Positions 1 to 10,358 of a stretch of 64,000 nucleotides of DNA are shown here, one piece after another (within the stretch, counting starts at the first letter, position 1; each line of letters starts with the position of its first letter). The translations under genes were made by a program, and so were the position numbers. This DNA is from an uncultured Candidatus Saccharibacteria bacterium (GTDB taxonomy: Bacteria; Patescibacteriota; Minisyncoccia; Phycocordibacterales; UBA9973): assembly GCA_964505155.1 (NCBI GenBank), contig CAZDGL010000002.1, positions 26,064 through 90,063 on the forward strand, given 5' to 3'. Below the pieces are notes generated by a model. The model was not told the DNA's origin, ran no database searches, and saw only the letters and a program-made list of their open reading frames with translations.

Positions 1-513
1 AACAGTCACAGTGTCTCCACCAGTTCGCCCTGGCATGCGCATCCCCATAACAACACGTCCTCCAGCACGTCCTGGTCCTCCACCTGAAGAACCTCGCTCT
101 CTTTCTGAGTGCTTCTGACCGTGAGATCTTGGTCCTCCCTTGAAATTGTATCTTTTAACAACACCCTGGAAACCTTTTGCTTTTGAAGTTCCAGTTACAG
201 TCACATCATCACCTTTTGCAAAAGATGCTACTGTCACTTCTTGCCCTGCTTCAGCAGAAAGAGCTTCTTCAGAACGAGCTTCAGCTACTATTTTGTAAGC
301 TTTGCCTCCTAGAGAACCAAGCTCTGCTTTTGATACACGAGAAGTCTTTTGGTCTTCTGAACCCAAAACAACAGCATTGTAGCCATCACTTTCGAGAGTT
401 TTAACGCGTGCCACAGTGTTTGGCATAGCTACGATAGCTGTCACAGGAGTAACAACCCCTTTATCATCAAAGAGTTGTGTCATTTTTAATTTTCTTCCTA
501 GGATGTATTTCAT
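1..513 (-). CDS. rplC: 50S ribosomal protein L3, runs off the window start
   Basis: Reverse-strand translation begins MKYILGRKLKMTQLFDDKGVVTPVTAIV and continues ...GFQGVVKRYNFKGGPRSHGQKHSERERGSSGGGPGRAGGRVVMGMRMPGRTGGDTVTV, a typical L3. It lies downstream of rpsJ. Confidence 0.85.
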   Translation of the reverse strand, partial: MKYILGRKLKMTQLFDDKGVVTPVTAIVAMPNTVARVKTLESDGYNAVVLGSEDQKTSRVSKAELGSLGGKAYKIVAEARSEEALSAEAGQEVTVASFAKGDDVTVTGTSKAKGFQGVVKRYNFKGGPRSHGQKHSERERGSSGGGPGRAGGRVVMGMRMPGRTGGDTVTV

Positions 514-677
514 AATGTTCTTGTCAGCCTTGGGCTGATATTGGACCATTTGTAAGCTTTTTAGGGCTATTTAATTGGTCCACAGATTATACACGAGTAT
601 CTATTTTGTGCAAGTCGGACATTAAGACAGTAAAAAAGCCCCTTATTAGGGGCTTAAATAAATTTCATAATTAAGAA

Positions 678-1295
678 TTATTTTGCTGAAATCTCAGGCA
701 TTGCAGGTAGAGATATGGCATCAAGTATTTTTTTAGAAAATTCATCTAAAACTGTTGCGTCATCTCTCTTATCACTGGCTTTCTTTTTGAAATGTTCAGA
801 CCTTTCTCTGATTTTTTGCTTAAAAAATTCAACCCATTTATGTACTGACCACTGTGACAATACAGCTAATACTCTCTGGTATTCAGATTTTAGTTGTTCT
901 TCGCTTATATAGACATCTATTGTGTCTATTTCTGCCCAGTCAGTAAAATCTAAATAAGGGCTATTAGGCCTTTTAGAGTGATGGCTAAATTGAACTATCC
1001 TATCACTACCGAGATATATGTAGCCCCACATTCTTTTTGGAATACCCAGACACTCATCTTTTTGGTTAACCTCAAATGATACTTTAATTTCAAACTGCTT
1101 AAGCTCACTTAGAGCCTCCAGGACATTTTTGTAGATTGTCTCTCTTCTTCCATCAGGATCATCAATCTTTTTTGTTGGTTCGCACATTATCGGCCATTTC
1201 AACATTTTTTTCTCAAAAGGAACTCCGGGGCTAAGTAAGCCATCAGTACCATGATTCTTAATAAGGATTAAAGAAGGTTTCTGCTTGTTTTCCAT
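678..1295 (-). CDS. Hypothetical protein (205 aa) inserted between rpsJ and rplC; C-terminus ...SLPAMPEISAK
   Basis: Long ORF with its own terminator hairpin at about 640-662 (AAGCCCCTAATAAGGGGCTT). No recognisable family motif. Shares a C-terminal LPxxPEIS motif with the neighbouring ORF. Confidence 0.55.
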   Translation of the reverse strand: MENKQKPSLILIKNHGTDGLLSPGVPFEKKMLKWPIMCEPTKKIDDPDGRRETIYKNVLEALSELKQFEIKVSFEVNQKDECLGIPKRMWGYIYLGSDRIVQFSHHSKRPNSPYLDFTDWAEIDTIDVYISEEQLKSEYQRVLAVLSQWSVHKWVEFFKQKIRERSEHFKKKASDKRDDATVLDEFSKKILDAISLPAMPEISAK

Positions 1296-1402
1296 CTTTT
1301 AAAGTTTTAAGTGAACAAAATAGTTTAATTCTTATAACACCCTATCATCCAACTTAACAAAGTCAAGTAAAAAGAAAATCCCCTGAAAGGGGATTTGAAT
1401 GA

Positions 1403-1948
1403 TTAATTAGTTTTTGAAATTTCTGGTAGCTGAAGAGTAGGTAATCCAGCAAAGCAGGCCATGGCCTGCAAGCCCTTGAAGAATAACTCTACCTCACGAG
1501 AAGTATTTACGGTTTCTTTCCATTCCCCACTCTTTCCCTCTACATTAATTTGAAAAACGGTTGTTTCGGGATCAGTAGGAACAATTACTGGATCAACAAC
1601 TACTTTTGGTAGAGTCTTAGGCGCTTGCGTTGAACCACCCCACCGTGAATTAAAATCTCTAAAAAATGGCCAGTCGTTACTAATATCTGATTCGAGAAGA
1701 AAATCGCAAAGTTCTAAATACCCTTTTTCGCCTGTACCGCGATACATGAATACTTTTAATGAATCGGTCTCAAGTACCTCTTTCAAAGATTTCCCTTTAA
1801 AGTAATTGTCAGAACTAGGAGAGATCATTGAACTCAGAAGTGCATTATATATTCTTGTTAGACTGTAATTGCCCTTACTTTTTGAAATAATCAGAACCTC
1901 TTTGAGAAAAGTATCAAATGGCTGATTCAAATCTATTTTCTTTTTCAT
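1403..1948 (-). CDS. Hypothetical protein (181 aa); C-terminus ...LQLPEISKTN; weakly similar to the 678-1295 product
   Basis: ORF flanked by terminator hairpins (1384-1402 AAATCCCCTTTCAGGGGATTT; 1995-2030 AAACTCCCCCAAAAGGGGAGTTTTTG). Weak similarity to its neighbour (IYKNVLEAL / IYNALLSSM) plus the shared C-terminal LP..PEIS motif. Confidence 0.55.
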   Translation of the reverse strand: MKKKIDLNQPFDTFLKEVLIISKSKGNYSLTRIYNALLSSMISPSSDNYFKGKSLKEVLETDSLKVFMYRGTGEKGYLELCDFLLESDISNDWPFFRDFNSRWGGSTQAPKTLPKVVVDPVIVPTDPETTVFQINVEGKSGEWKETVNTSREVELFFKGLQAMACFAGLPTLQLPEISKTN

Positions 1949-2064
1949 TGTGCATTATTTTTATACATTTTACATATATAAATCTATTTGTCAAGCAAAC
2001 AAAAACTCCCCTTTTGGGGGAGTTTTTGTTGTTTTTATTGAAGAGTTTTCGCAATTCTAGAGAA

Positions 2065-2421
2065 CTACATCATCTTCACATCTATATCGACACCGCTTGG
2101 CATAGATAGATTTGTGAGAGCTTCGATCACCTTCGCAGAAGGATTTTCGATATCGATGAGTCGCTTGTGTACACGCATCTCAAACTGCTCACGAGCATTT
2201 TTGTAAATGAACGCAGAGCGGTTGACTGTGTACTTTTTGATCTCTGTCGGAAGTGGTATAGGACCACGCACCTTAGCATCATAGCGAGTAGCAGTATCAA
2301 TGATTTGCTTGGTACTAACATCGAGAATCTTATTCTCATATGCTCGGACACGTATGCGAAGCATTGAAGCCACCTCATCTTTTGTAGCAGTCTTTTTTGT
2401 TACTTTTTTTGTAGTAGCCAT
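2065..2421 (-). CDS. rpsJ: 30S ribosomal protein S10
   Basis: Product ...LRIRVRAYENKILD...RGPIPLPTEIKKYTVNRSAFIYKNAREQFEMRVHKRLIDI. Sits directly downstream of tuf. Confidence 0.9.
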   Translation of the reverse strand: MATTKKVTKKTATKDEVASMLRIRVRAYENKILDVSTKQIIDTATRYDAKVRGPIPLPTEIKKYTVNRSAFIYKNAREQFEMRVHKRLIDIENPSAKVIEALTNLSMPSGVDIDVKMM

Positions 2422-2455
2422 AGTATTTTTTTCAGAAAGAGCAGTTAAGCTTAGT

Positions 2456-3649
2456 TTAGGCGATTATTTTTGTAACAACACCTGCACCAACTGTTCGGCC
2501 TCCTTCTCGGATAGCAAAGCGCATTTGCTCTTCCATCGCTACAGGAGCAACGAGCTCTACTTCAACCTTTACAGTGTCTCCTGGCATAACCATTTCTACA
2601 CCTGCTGGAAGAGTCACAGAACCAGTCACGTCTGTTGTACGAACGTAGAACTGAGGCTTGTAACCATTCATAAATGGAGTGTGTCGTCCACCTTCTTCTT
2701 TCTTAAGAACGTATACTTCACCTTCAAACTTTGTGTGAGGCTTCACAGAACCAGTCTTTGAAAGCACTTGTCCACGAGTAAGCTCTTCTTTTTTAACACC
2801 ACGGAGAAGGATACCTGCGTTGTCTCCAGCTTGACCTTGATCGAGTTGTTTGTTGAACATTTCGATACCAGTCACAGTTGTCTTCATAGTATCTTTGATA
2901 CCCACGATTTCAACTTCTTCACCAACCTTTACGATACCTCGCTCGATACGACCTGTAACCACAGTTCCACGTCCTTCGATAGAGAAAATGTCTTCGATAG
3001 GCATAAGGAATGGCTTGTCGAGATCACGAACTGGCATAGGGATGTATTCGTCGAGAGCCTTTGTAAGCTCAAGAACTTTTTGTGCCCATGGATCATCGAT
3101 AGAAGTAGATTCTAGCCCCTTGAGACCTGATCCACGAATAACAGGACAATCCTTGTCAAAACCTTGTTTTCCAAGGATTTCACGGATTTCTTCCTCAACG
3201 AGGTCAATCATTTCTGGGTCATCCACCATGTCGCACTTGTTTAGAAATACGATCATTTTTGGAACACCAACTTGTTTTGCAAGCAAAACGTGCTCACGAG
3301 TCTGAGGCATCGCTCCGTCTGTCGCTGCCACCACAAGGATAGCACCGTCCATTTGAGCGGCACCAGTAATCATGTTCTTGATGTAGTCCGCGTGACCTGG
3401 AGCATCAATGTGAGCATAGTGACGATTTGCTGTCGAATACTCGTTGTGAGAAATGTTGATTGTAATTCCACGTGCCTTTTCTTCAGGCGCTCCGTCGATT
3501 TCATCAACTCCTTTTAATTTAACTTGGTCCCCGTTCATAGAAAGAACGTGGAGGATAGCCGCTGTAAGAGTAGTCTTTCCGTGGTCAACGTGACCAATTG
3601 TTCCTACGTTTACGTGTGGCTTTGAACGATCAAATGTATCTGCTGCCAT
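2456..3649 (-). CDS. tuf: Elongation factor Tu
   Basis: [18 protein letters not shown] and NKCD GTPase motifs; 397 aa; follows fusA. Confidence 0.97.
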   Translation of the reverse strand: MAADTFDRSKPHVNVGTIGHVDHGKTTLTAAILHVLSMNGDQVKLKGVDEIDGAPEEKARGITINISHNEYSTANRHYAHIDAPGHADYIKNMITGAAQMDGAILVVAATDGAMPQTREHVLLAKQVGVPKMIVFLNKCDMVDDPEMIDLVEEEIREILGKQGFDKDCPVIRGSGLKGLESTSIDDPWAQKVLELTKALDEYIPMPVRDLDKPFLMPIEDIFSIEGRGTVVTGRIERGIVKVGEEVEIVGIKDTMKTTVTGIEMFNKQLDQGQAGDNAGILLRGVKKEELTRGQVLSKTGSVKPHTKFEGEVYVLKKEEGGRHTPFMNGYKPQFYVRTTDVTGSVTLPAGVEMVMPGDTVKVEVELVAPVAMEEQMRFAIREGGRTVGAGVVTKIIA

Positions 3650-3838
3650 AATAATGAACTAATTAATTAATTTTGATAAATAAACTCTCGCAAATAAAAA
3701 CAAAACGCAACCATGCGATTGTGACCTATCATAGCATTTGGGCAGATATTGTCAATCCGGTAATGAGATTCTCTACTAACAGATCAAATAAAAAAGCCCC
3801 AAGAAAGCTTGGGGGTGAATTAAATAACAAATTCTAAG

Positions 3839-4264
3839 TCAGGCAATTTTCAAATGATCTATTTTGAGGTCAGTGACAGAGCCCTGTTCCAGGAACAATT
3901 CTGGAATTTCGTAATGACTACAGAATTCTTCAAAAAAGTCAGATAATGCTTCGTTTTTTACCACAGAAAGAACCTTGTTTTGTACAAAACCATCCTTACC
4001 TTCAGGACTTATATTTGCGCTCAAGAGTGCAAATATAGGTGTTTTCTGATCTTCAACAAAAAGGTTGATTATCATCGAGCCTTTTTGGCTAATCAGGCAA
4101 AACCTCATATCTAAACCTTTGAAAGAAGCAGGTAAAACAAGTAAGTCTCCTACTCCTCCCTTGATCTTTTCATGAGAGTAGTCAGTTTTGAACTTGTGAT
4201 GGGCAAATTTGAAAAGGGCTGCGGCCAAATATCTTTCGCCTTTGTTTAGTAAGTGTTTTGACAT
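3839..4264 (-). CDS. Hypothetical protein (about 141 aa), inserted between fusA and tuf
   Basis: ORF. A TTGACA-17-TAATTT promoter overlaps the annotated GTG start, so the second start (MSKHLL at 4264) is preferred. No family motif. Confidence 0.5.
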   Translation of the reverse strand: MSKHLLNKGERYLAAALFKFAHHKFKTDYSHEKIKGGVGDLLVLPASFKGLDMRFCLISQKGSMIINLFVEDQKTPIFALLSANISPEGKDGFVQNKVLSVVKNEALSDFFEEFCSHYEIPELFLEQGSVTDLKIDHLKIA

Positions 4265-4326
4265 AATATAAAAGATTTTTAATGAAATTAACACGATAAG
4301 AGCGTTTTGTCAAAAAAAATCGCTGT

Positions 4327-4995
4327 TTAGGCGATTTTTGATAAAACATTTTCTACATAATCCTCTGGAGATAATTCTTTCTGCCAGTCCGGGTCTTCAC
4401 CTATAGTTTCTGAGGTAAAAGACTTTTTTGCACTTTCTGTACCTATCCTACCGGGTTCCTCCAAAATGACTTGCTTGAAAATATTTTGTTCTTGTAAGTC
4501 TTTAGCGAGCTCTGAGACCTTCATCATACTCCTCACATAACCTTCTTCGCCTTTGCGAAATGGGTGGTTTTCGTCAAAATGAGCAGCGTGTGAACTAATA
4601 ATAATAAGAACGGTTTCCTTAAGACTTTTTTCAAAGACTTGTTTAAAGGCATTGAGTGCTACTTTTTTAGTCAAAAAATTATCTTTTGAAAGCTCGGCAA
4701 TGGCTTTTTCTTCACTTTCAAAATCCTTATCCCAAGCAAATCTACCGGCAGACAAAACTATAAGATCAACATGGTCTCGAACATCTTTTATCTCCTTCAA
4801 AAAATTGATAAAAGATTCTTCATTTTCCATATTTATCTCTTTTGCAAAGAAGTTGCCATGAAGACCTGTAATCTTGGTAATATTCCTAACTGGCAAAAAC
4901 AAATCATAACTTTTTTTCTCTAAAACTTTAGCAAATGCCCCGCCTATCCCTCCTGTAACACCTGTGATTAAAGCTGTTTTTTTCATAATGTTCAT
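4327..4995 (-). CDS. Short-chain dehydrogenase/reductase (SDR)-like NAD(P)-binding protein
   Basis: N-terminal Rossmann motif TALITGVTGGIGGAFA. The catalytic YxxxK is not canonical (GYVRSMMK). Terminator hairpin at 4296-4326. Confidence 0.6.
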   Translation of the reverse strand: MNIMKKTALITGVTGGIGGAFAKVLEKKSYDLFLPVRNITKITGLHGNFFAKEINMENEESFINFLKEIKDVRDHVDLIVLSAGRFAWDKDFESEEKAIAELSKDNFLTKKVALNAFKQVFEKSLKETVLIIISSHAAHFDENHPFRKGEEGYVRSMMKVSELAKDLQEQNIFKQVILEEPGRIGTESAKKSFTSETIGEDPDWQKELSPEDYVENVLSKIA

Positions 4996-5057
4996 TCTAC
5001 TCTTACCTCAGGACAAAAACAAAATCCGCTCTTTTTAAATTAAGCGGATTGATTGGT

Positions 5058-5252
5058 TTAATCTTCAAGTGATGACAACGCAAAGTTGGTAGCTCTTTCT
5101 CCGGAGACATCTCTGTCTGCCTTGGGTTCAGGGTTTTTGTTCTCTGGTATAACTGACCCCCTATTAACCTCGTTGTGCACGATTGGATGTGGGAATCCAA
5201 AATATGTTTGACCACCAACGATATACACCTTTGGCTTTTCTTTATTTTTCAT
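5058..5252 (-). CDS. Small hypothetical protein (64 aa)
   Basis: ORF sitting between the fusA terminator (5268-5295) and the SDR gene. No similarity recognised. Confidence 0.3.
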   Translation of the reverse strand: MKNKEKPKVYIVGGQTYFGFPHPIVHNEVNRGSVIPENKNPEPKADRDVSGERATNFALSSLED

Positions 5253-5304
5253 ATTTTTTCTTTAGTATAGCAAAAATCCCCAACATTGGGGATTTTTGAA
5301 TTTA

Positions 5305-7446
5305 TTAACTTCTTGATTTGATAATAGTGTCCGCGACGTTCTGAGGCACGATATCGTAACGCAAGAACTCCATGGTAAAACCAGCGCGTCCTTCAGTCAT
5401 AGAGCGAAGTGTTGTCATGTAACCAAACATTTCTGAAAGTGGCACCACAGCACTTACTGCTTGGTTGAGACCTCTTGTTTCCATACCTTCGATAAGACCT
5501 CGACGAGATGAGAGAGAGCCATTGACGTCTCCCATGAACTTGTCAGGAGTTACAACCTCTACCTTCATCATCGGCTCAAGGATCACAGGGCGAGCTGCCT
5601 TACATGCGTCTTGGATAGCCATAGAAGAAGCAATCTTGAACGCCATTTCGTTTGAGTCGACTTCGTGGAAGCTTCCATCATAAAGATCCACAGACACGTT
5701 CTCCATTTTAAACCCAGCCAAGATACCTCGATCGAGACCTTCTTTGAGACCTTTTTCGATAGCTGGGATGAATTCTCCTGGAATAGCTCCTCCTTTGATG
5801 TTGTTGATAAATTCAAATCCACTACTTCTCTTTGTGTTCTTTGGAAGATCTTTTTCATCCACAGACTGATCCATAGGTTTGATTTTGATTTTTACGTGAC
5901 CGTAGTTACCCTTACCACCGGATTGCTTGATGTATTTACCTTCTGCTTGTGCTTCACCAGTAATAGTTTCTCGGTAGGCTACTTGTGGTTTACCTACATT
6001 TGCCTCCACACCGAATTCTCGCTTCATACGATCCACGATAATTTCAAGGTGAAGTTCCCCCATACCTGCGATGATGGTTTCTTCTGTTTCTGGATCAGTA
6101 GAGACTTTGAAGGTTGGATCTTCATCAGCAAGCTTATTGAGAGCAAGACCCATTTTTTCTTGGTCAGCTTTTGTTTTTGGCTCAATACGAAGGTTGATAA
6201 CAGGCTCTGGGAACTTGATACGATCAAGTGCCACAGGATTTTTCTCATCACAGAGAGTGTCGGAAGTCTTGGTGTCTTTAAGTCCTACAGCAGCTGCGAT
6301 TTCTCCAGCAAAAACTTTCTTCACTTCTTCACGTTGATCGGCTTGCATACGCACGATACGAGAGAGACGTTCTTTGTTGCCAGTACGAGGATTGTAAACA
6401 TAAGAACCAGATTCGATAGTTCCAGAATAAACACGGAAAAAGACTAGCTGACCAACGAACGGATCCACCATACTCTTGAAAGCAAGAGCAGAAAACGGAG
6501 CATTGTCGTCTGCTGGAAGAGCAACTGCCTCTTCGGTATCTGGGTTGGTTCCAGTAACAGCCTTGATGTCTGTTGGAGCTGGTAGATAGTCCACCACAGC
6601 GTCAAGCACTAGCTGAACACCTTTGTTTTTCAAAGCACTTCCGGCATATACAGGGAAAATAGCGTTGGCGATGACAGCTTTTCGAAGTGTTTTCTTGAGT
6701 TCTGGTAGTGTTGGAACAGTCCCTTCTAGATAAGCTGACATTTGATCATCATCATTTTCTACGATACGTTCGATAAGCTCATCGTGATATTTTTGTGCAT
6801 CTGCCATCATGTCAGCTGGGATTTCTTTTTGAACTACTTTATTACCCATGTCGCCTTCAAAATAGTAAGCTTTCATTTCTAGAAGATCTACTACTCCTTC
6901 GTGCTTATCTTCAAGACCGATAGGGATTTGTACACGTACTGCTTTTTTAGAGAGTCGGTCGAGAATAGTTTTGTATGAGTGCTCAAATGAAGCACCAGTT
7001 CGGTCGAGCTTGTTTACAAAACAAATGCGGGGTACATTGGCTTCATCAGCATAACGCCAGTTGGTTTCTGATTGTGGCTCTACTCCAGCTACACCATCAA
7101 ACACCACCACAGCACCATCAAGCACACGAAGACTTCTCTTCACCTCAACAGTAAAGTCGATGTGTCCAGGAGTATCGATAATGTTAAATCTGTAAGAGTT
7201 CTTTTTGTCACCACCTGAATATGTCGGAATCCAGTTACAAGTCACAGCAGCAGCAGTGATAGTAATACCACGCTCACGCTCTTGTTCCATCCAGTCTGTA
7301 GTAGTCTCACCATCGTGCACCTCTCCTATCTTGTGGCTCATACCTGTATAGTAAAGGACGCGCTCTGAAGTGGTTGTCTTACCCGCATCAATATGGGCAA
7401 TGATTCCAAAGTTTCTTGTTCGCTCTAATGAATATTCTCGTTCCAT
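5305..7446 (-). CDS. fusA: Elongation factor G
   Basis: 713 aa; [10 protein letters not shown] and DTPGHIDF motifs; downstream of rpsG. Confidence 0.97.
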   Translation of the reverse strand: MEREYSLERTRNFGIIAHIDAGKTTTSERVLYYTGMSHKIGEVHDGETTTDWMEQERERGITITAAAVTCNWIPTYSGGDKKNSYRFNIIDTPGHIDFTVEVKRSLRVLDGAVVVFDGVAGVEPQSETNWRYADEANVPRICFVNKLDRTGASFEHSYKTILDRLSKKAVRVQIPIGLEDKHEGVVDLLEMKAYYFEGDMGNKVVQKEIPADMMADAQKYHDELIERIVENDDDQMSAYLEGTVPTLPELKKTLRKAVIANAIFPVYAGSALKNKGVQLVLDAVVDYLPAPTDIKAVTGTNPDTEEAVALPADDNAPFSALAFKSMVDPFVGQLVFFRVYSGTIESGSYVYNPRTGNKERLSRIVRMQADQREEVKKVFAGEIAAAVGLKDTKTSDTLCDEKNPVALDRIKFPEPVINLRIEPKTKADQEKMGLALNKLADEDPTFKVSTDPETEETIIAGMGELHLEIIVDRMKREFGVEANVGKPQVAYRETITGEAQAEGKYIKQSGGKGNYGHVKIKIKPMDQSVDEKDLPKNTKRSSGFEFINNIKGGAIPGEFIPAIEKGLKEGLDRGILAGFKMENVSVDLYDGSFHEVDSNEMAFKIASSMAIQDACKAARPVILEPMMKVEVVTPDKFMGDVNGSLSSRRGLIEGMETRGLNQAVSAVVPLSEMFGYMTTLRSMTEGRAGFTMEFLRYDIVPQNVADTIIKSRS

Positions 7447-7711
7447 AAATTATTAATATTTGTTGTGTAAATTATAATTAAAAATAGAGCCCGACCGGGA
7501 CCTGCTTTTAGTGCAAATACTATACGATTAAACGATTATTTTTGCAACAAAAAACCCCGGTAGAAACCGGGGTTTTAATGAGACCAACTGCTTCTGTAAA
7601 GCCTCATTAAACCAAAACCAAATCCTTATGAGAACCTGTGTAAAGACTACCATAGCATAAATAAAAAACAAGCCCTAGCTGATAGTGTCAGCGAGGGCTT
7701 GTTTTTTGGGC

Positions 7712-8182
7712 TTACCAAGCAAAGTGAGCAAAAGCTTTGTTGGATTCTGCCATTTTGTGAGTATCCTTTTTCTTCTTAACAGCATTTCCTTCCCCTTTTG
7801 AAGCTTGGATAAACTCTTCAGCCAAAGCGTTGGCAATAGTGATGCCTTTGCGAGCTCGAGCGCTTTCGATGATCCATCTCATCGCTAGAGCAAGTCGGCG
7901 CTCATTGCGTACTTCTCTTGGAACTTGGTAGTTAGCTCCTCCAATACGTCGAGAACGTACTTCTACAAGTGGTCCTGCATTCTTGATAGCATTTTCAAAT
8001 ACTTCCATCGGATCTTCTACGCCTTCTTTTTCCTTCACGATATCTAGAGCATCATAAACCGCACTGCGAGCAGTGTTTTTCTTACCATCCCACATGATGC
8101 AGTTGATAAACTTCTCCAGCTTGAGTGAACCAAACTTGATATCAGGAGAAACCATATTTCTGTTTTTTACTGGTCTTCGCAT
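7712..8182 (-). CDS. rpsG: 30S ribosomal protein S7
   Basis: S7 signature ...KFINCIMWDGKKNTA...LVEVRSRRIGGANYQVP..; 156 aa. Confidence 0.92.
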   Translation of the reverse strand: MRRPVKNRNMVSPDIKFGSLKLEKFINCIMWDGKKNTARSAVYDALDIVKEKEGVEDPMEVFENAIKNAGPLVEVRSRRIGGANYQVPREVRNERRLALAMRWIIESARARKGITIANALAEEFIQASKGEGNAVKKKKDTHKMAESNKAFAHFAW

Positions 8183-8188
8183 AAAATT

Positions 8189-8611
8189 TTATTTCTTAGC
8201 TGCCTTAGGACGCTTTGTTCCATAAGCACTTCTACTCTTTCGACGCTTTTCGATACCTTGAGTATCAAGCACTCCACGAACTATGTGGTATCTCACTCCG
8301 ATCAAGTCCTTCACGCGACCACCACGGAGCATAACCACTGAGTGCTCTTGTAGATTGTGCCCTTCTCCTGGGATATAAGCTGTTACTTCTGTACCGTTTG
8401 TAAGTCTTACACGAGCAATCTTTCGAACCGCTGAGTTAGGCTTCTTTGGAGTAGTAGTAGATACCTTTACGCAAACTCCTCTCTTAAATGGAGATGGGTA
8501 AAATACTGGGCGGTTTTTGATGTGGTTCATGCCACGAGAAAGAGCCACAGCTTTGCTTTTGCGTGGAGCCTTTGATCTTGGCTTTTTTATAAGTTGGTTT
8601 ATTGTTGCCAT
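8189..8611 (-). CDS. rpsL: 30S ribosomal protein S12, with an internal N-terminal insertion
   Basis: [10 protein letters not shown]...[30 protein letters not shown]...[20 protein letters not shown]. The start was moved to MATINQ, which is downstream of the first ATG of the ORF. Confidence 0.92.
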   Translation of the reverse strand: MATINQLIKKPRSKAPRKSKAVALSRGMNHIKNRPVFYPSPFKRGVCVKVSTTTPKKPNSAVRKIARVRLTNGTEVTAYIPGEGHNLQEHSVVMLRGGRVKDLIGVRYHIVRGVLDTQGIEKRRKSRSAYGTKRPKAAKK

Positions 8612-8654
8612 TTGTCCCGCTATCCTACTATAGTTCTCAAGTAAACGCAAGCCC

Positions 8655-9305
8655 CTAGCTCAGTGTTATCCCCGTCAGAAGGGTAAAAATCTTAAAAGCC
8701 AGAGGAGCTACAAACTTCCAACCCCAAAATAAGAATATGATGAGTATCGGCAAAGAATACTTTTCCAAAGCACGCATTTGTCTTTCATATTTAAAAGGCA
8801 AAATAGCCCCAAGGAAACGAAAACCATCAAGTGGAGCGATAGGGATAGCATTGAAAAGCGCCAAAACTATATTGACTAGTACAACGATGCTTGCGATTTC
8901 AAAAAAACCAGTAGAGTAGATATGAGCAAATGGAGCAAGACGAATAAGAAGTCCGAAAAATATCGCAATAGAGAGGTTGACCACAATCCCAGCGATAGCA
9001 ACTATCGCTACACTTTTTTTACCCCTTTTTAAGTTATCTGGATTGTATGGCACTGGCTTGGCCCAACCAACGACAAAACCGGCCTTGGAGAGAATAAGTA
9101 CCAAAGGCAGTATCACAGAGCCAAACCATTCTATGTGCTTCAGTGGGTTAAGTGTGATGCGCCCAAGCATTCGAGCTGTCGGATCCCCTTCTCGCTCAGC
9201 CGCGATGCCGTGCGCTACTTCATGCACGATGATGGAGATGATGAGAACTAGGAAATAAAATATAGAAAGTGAACCAGTCATAAAAGTAGTTATTAATATT
9301 TCCAT
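8655..9305 (-). CDS. Site-2 protease family (peptidase M50) membrane zinc metalloprotease
   Basis: HEVAHG HExxH motif inside a transmembrane helix; [10 protein letters not shown] motif; multiple hydrophobic segments. Confidence 0.75.
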   Translation of the reverse strand: MEILITTFMTGSLSIFYFLVLIISIIVHEVAHGIAAEREGDPTARMLGRITLNPLKHIEWFGSVILPLVLILSKAGFVVGWAKPVPYNPDNLKRGKKSVAIVAIAGIVVNLSIAIFFGLLIRLAPFAHIYSTGFFEIASIVVLVNIVLALFNAIPIAPLDGFRFLGAILPFKYERQMRALEKYSLPILIIFLFWGWKFVAPLAFKIFTLLTGITLS

Positions 9306-9495
9306 ATTATAACATTGTTTTTTATATCAAATCAGAATGCTCATATTATAAGTATGTCCTATCGCAGACTGACTGAGCCGAGGTGAGAGAAAATCAGTAG
9401 ATTTTAATCGTGACATACGAATAATATGAGTATTCTAATTAAGAATCTCTTAATATATTGCACAATACTATCTGCTGTGTTATTATCTCGGGACT

Positions 9496-9741
9496 ATGGC
9501 AAAAGAATGTGTAGTAACAAAAAAGAGCTCCCTCGTAGGTGGTAAATACGCCAACCGTACTCGTGCGACTGTTTTCACACCAGTAGGCTCAGTCCGCCGA
9601 TATGCAAACCTTCAAAAGAAGCGTGTTTTTGTGCCGGAACTTGGCAAAAGCGTGATAGTTACTATCTCCCCTCAAGGCCTCCGCACTATCAAGAAAAACG
9701 GTGCCTACGCCACCCTCAAAAAAGCCGGAGCGATAAAATAA
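9496..9741 (+). CDS. rpmB: 50S ribosomal protein L28
   Basis: 81 aa, basic. Pattern MAKECVVTKK...GGKYANRTRATVF...RVFVPELGKSV matches the L28 family. Terminator at 9752-9775. Confidence 0.7.
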   Translation: MAKECVVTKKSSLVGGKYANRTRATVFTPVGSVRRYANLQKKRVFVPELGKSVIVTISPQGLRTIKKNGAYATLKKAGAIK

Positions 9742-9773
9742 TCTCCAAATAAAAATCCCCAAACGGGGATTTT

Positions 9774-10310
9774 TTAATGCCACATGTGATGTAATTCTTC
9801 AGTAAAAGGATCAAAAAATGGATGATCGTGCTCTTCTTCTGGAGGAAGAAAATCTACAAACCCTGTCCATTCTCTATCAAAACCAATAATGACAATGTCC
9901 AGACCTGCCAATTCTTTTGCTTCTTTTGCAAGATTAAAAGATTTTTTGTTTTGCGCGACAATACAGTGAAGATTTGATTTATCAAATTCAAATATCTTAC
10001 CTATCTTGGTAGATATGTAATCTTCTTGAGTAGCAAATGATATGGTTTTGTATTTTGATAAATCATAAAGTTCTGGTTGGTCGTACAGATTAACATTGTG
10101 GTCAAAAGGTATTTTGAGTTGTTTCTCAAAAAAATCATTTATTTTCCAATCTATGTAACTTTGTGGTTTTCCTCCATCACATATAGCAATAGGTTGTTGT
10201 ATCAGGGAAATAAAATAACTAAGTGGATATCTTTTATCCATAAGAATATTTTTAGAATGAACAAATTTGTTTACTAGTGTAGATATTACAAGTATTAGCA
10301 CAAAAGTCAA
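9774..10310 (-). CDS. Hypothetical protein (178 aa)
   Basis: ORF; acidic His-rich C-terminus EEEHDHPFFDPF. No family recognised. Confidence 0.45.
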   Translation of the reverse strand: MTFVLILVISTLVNKFVHSKNILMDKRYPLSYFISLIQQPIAICDGGKPQSYIDWKINDFFEKQLKIPFDHNVNLYDQPELYDLSKYKTISFATQEDYISTKIGKIFEFDKSNLHCIVAQNKKSFNLAKEAKELAGLDIVIIGFDREWTGFVDFLPPEEEHDHPFFDPFTEELHHMWH

Positions 10311-10358
10311 AAGTTTTTAGTTTGACTTATATACTACAAATGCTAGTGTAAAGAAAAA

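Noticed and set aside
2300-3517. Several plus-strand ORFs of 80-153 aa
   Set aside because: Antisense to tuf and rpsJ; no coding signal.
5665-6447. 260-aa plus-strand ORF, with several others at 5465-6337
   Set aside because: Lies entirely antisense within fusA. Low-complexity translation; a shadow ORF.
8189-8650. Longer rpsL beginning [13 protein letters not shown]
   Set aside because: The conserved S12 N-terminus MATINQL begins 13 codons downstream. The upstream codons are likely untranslated.
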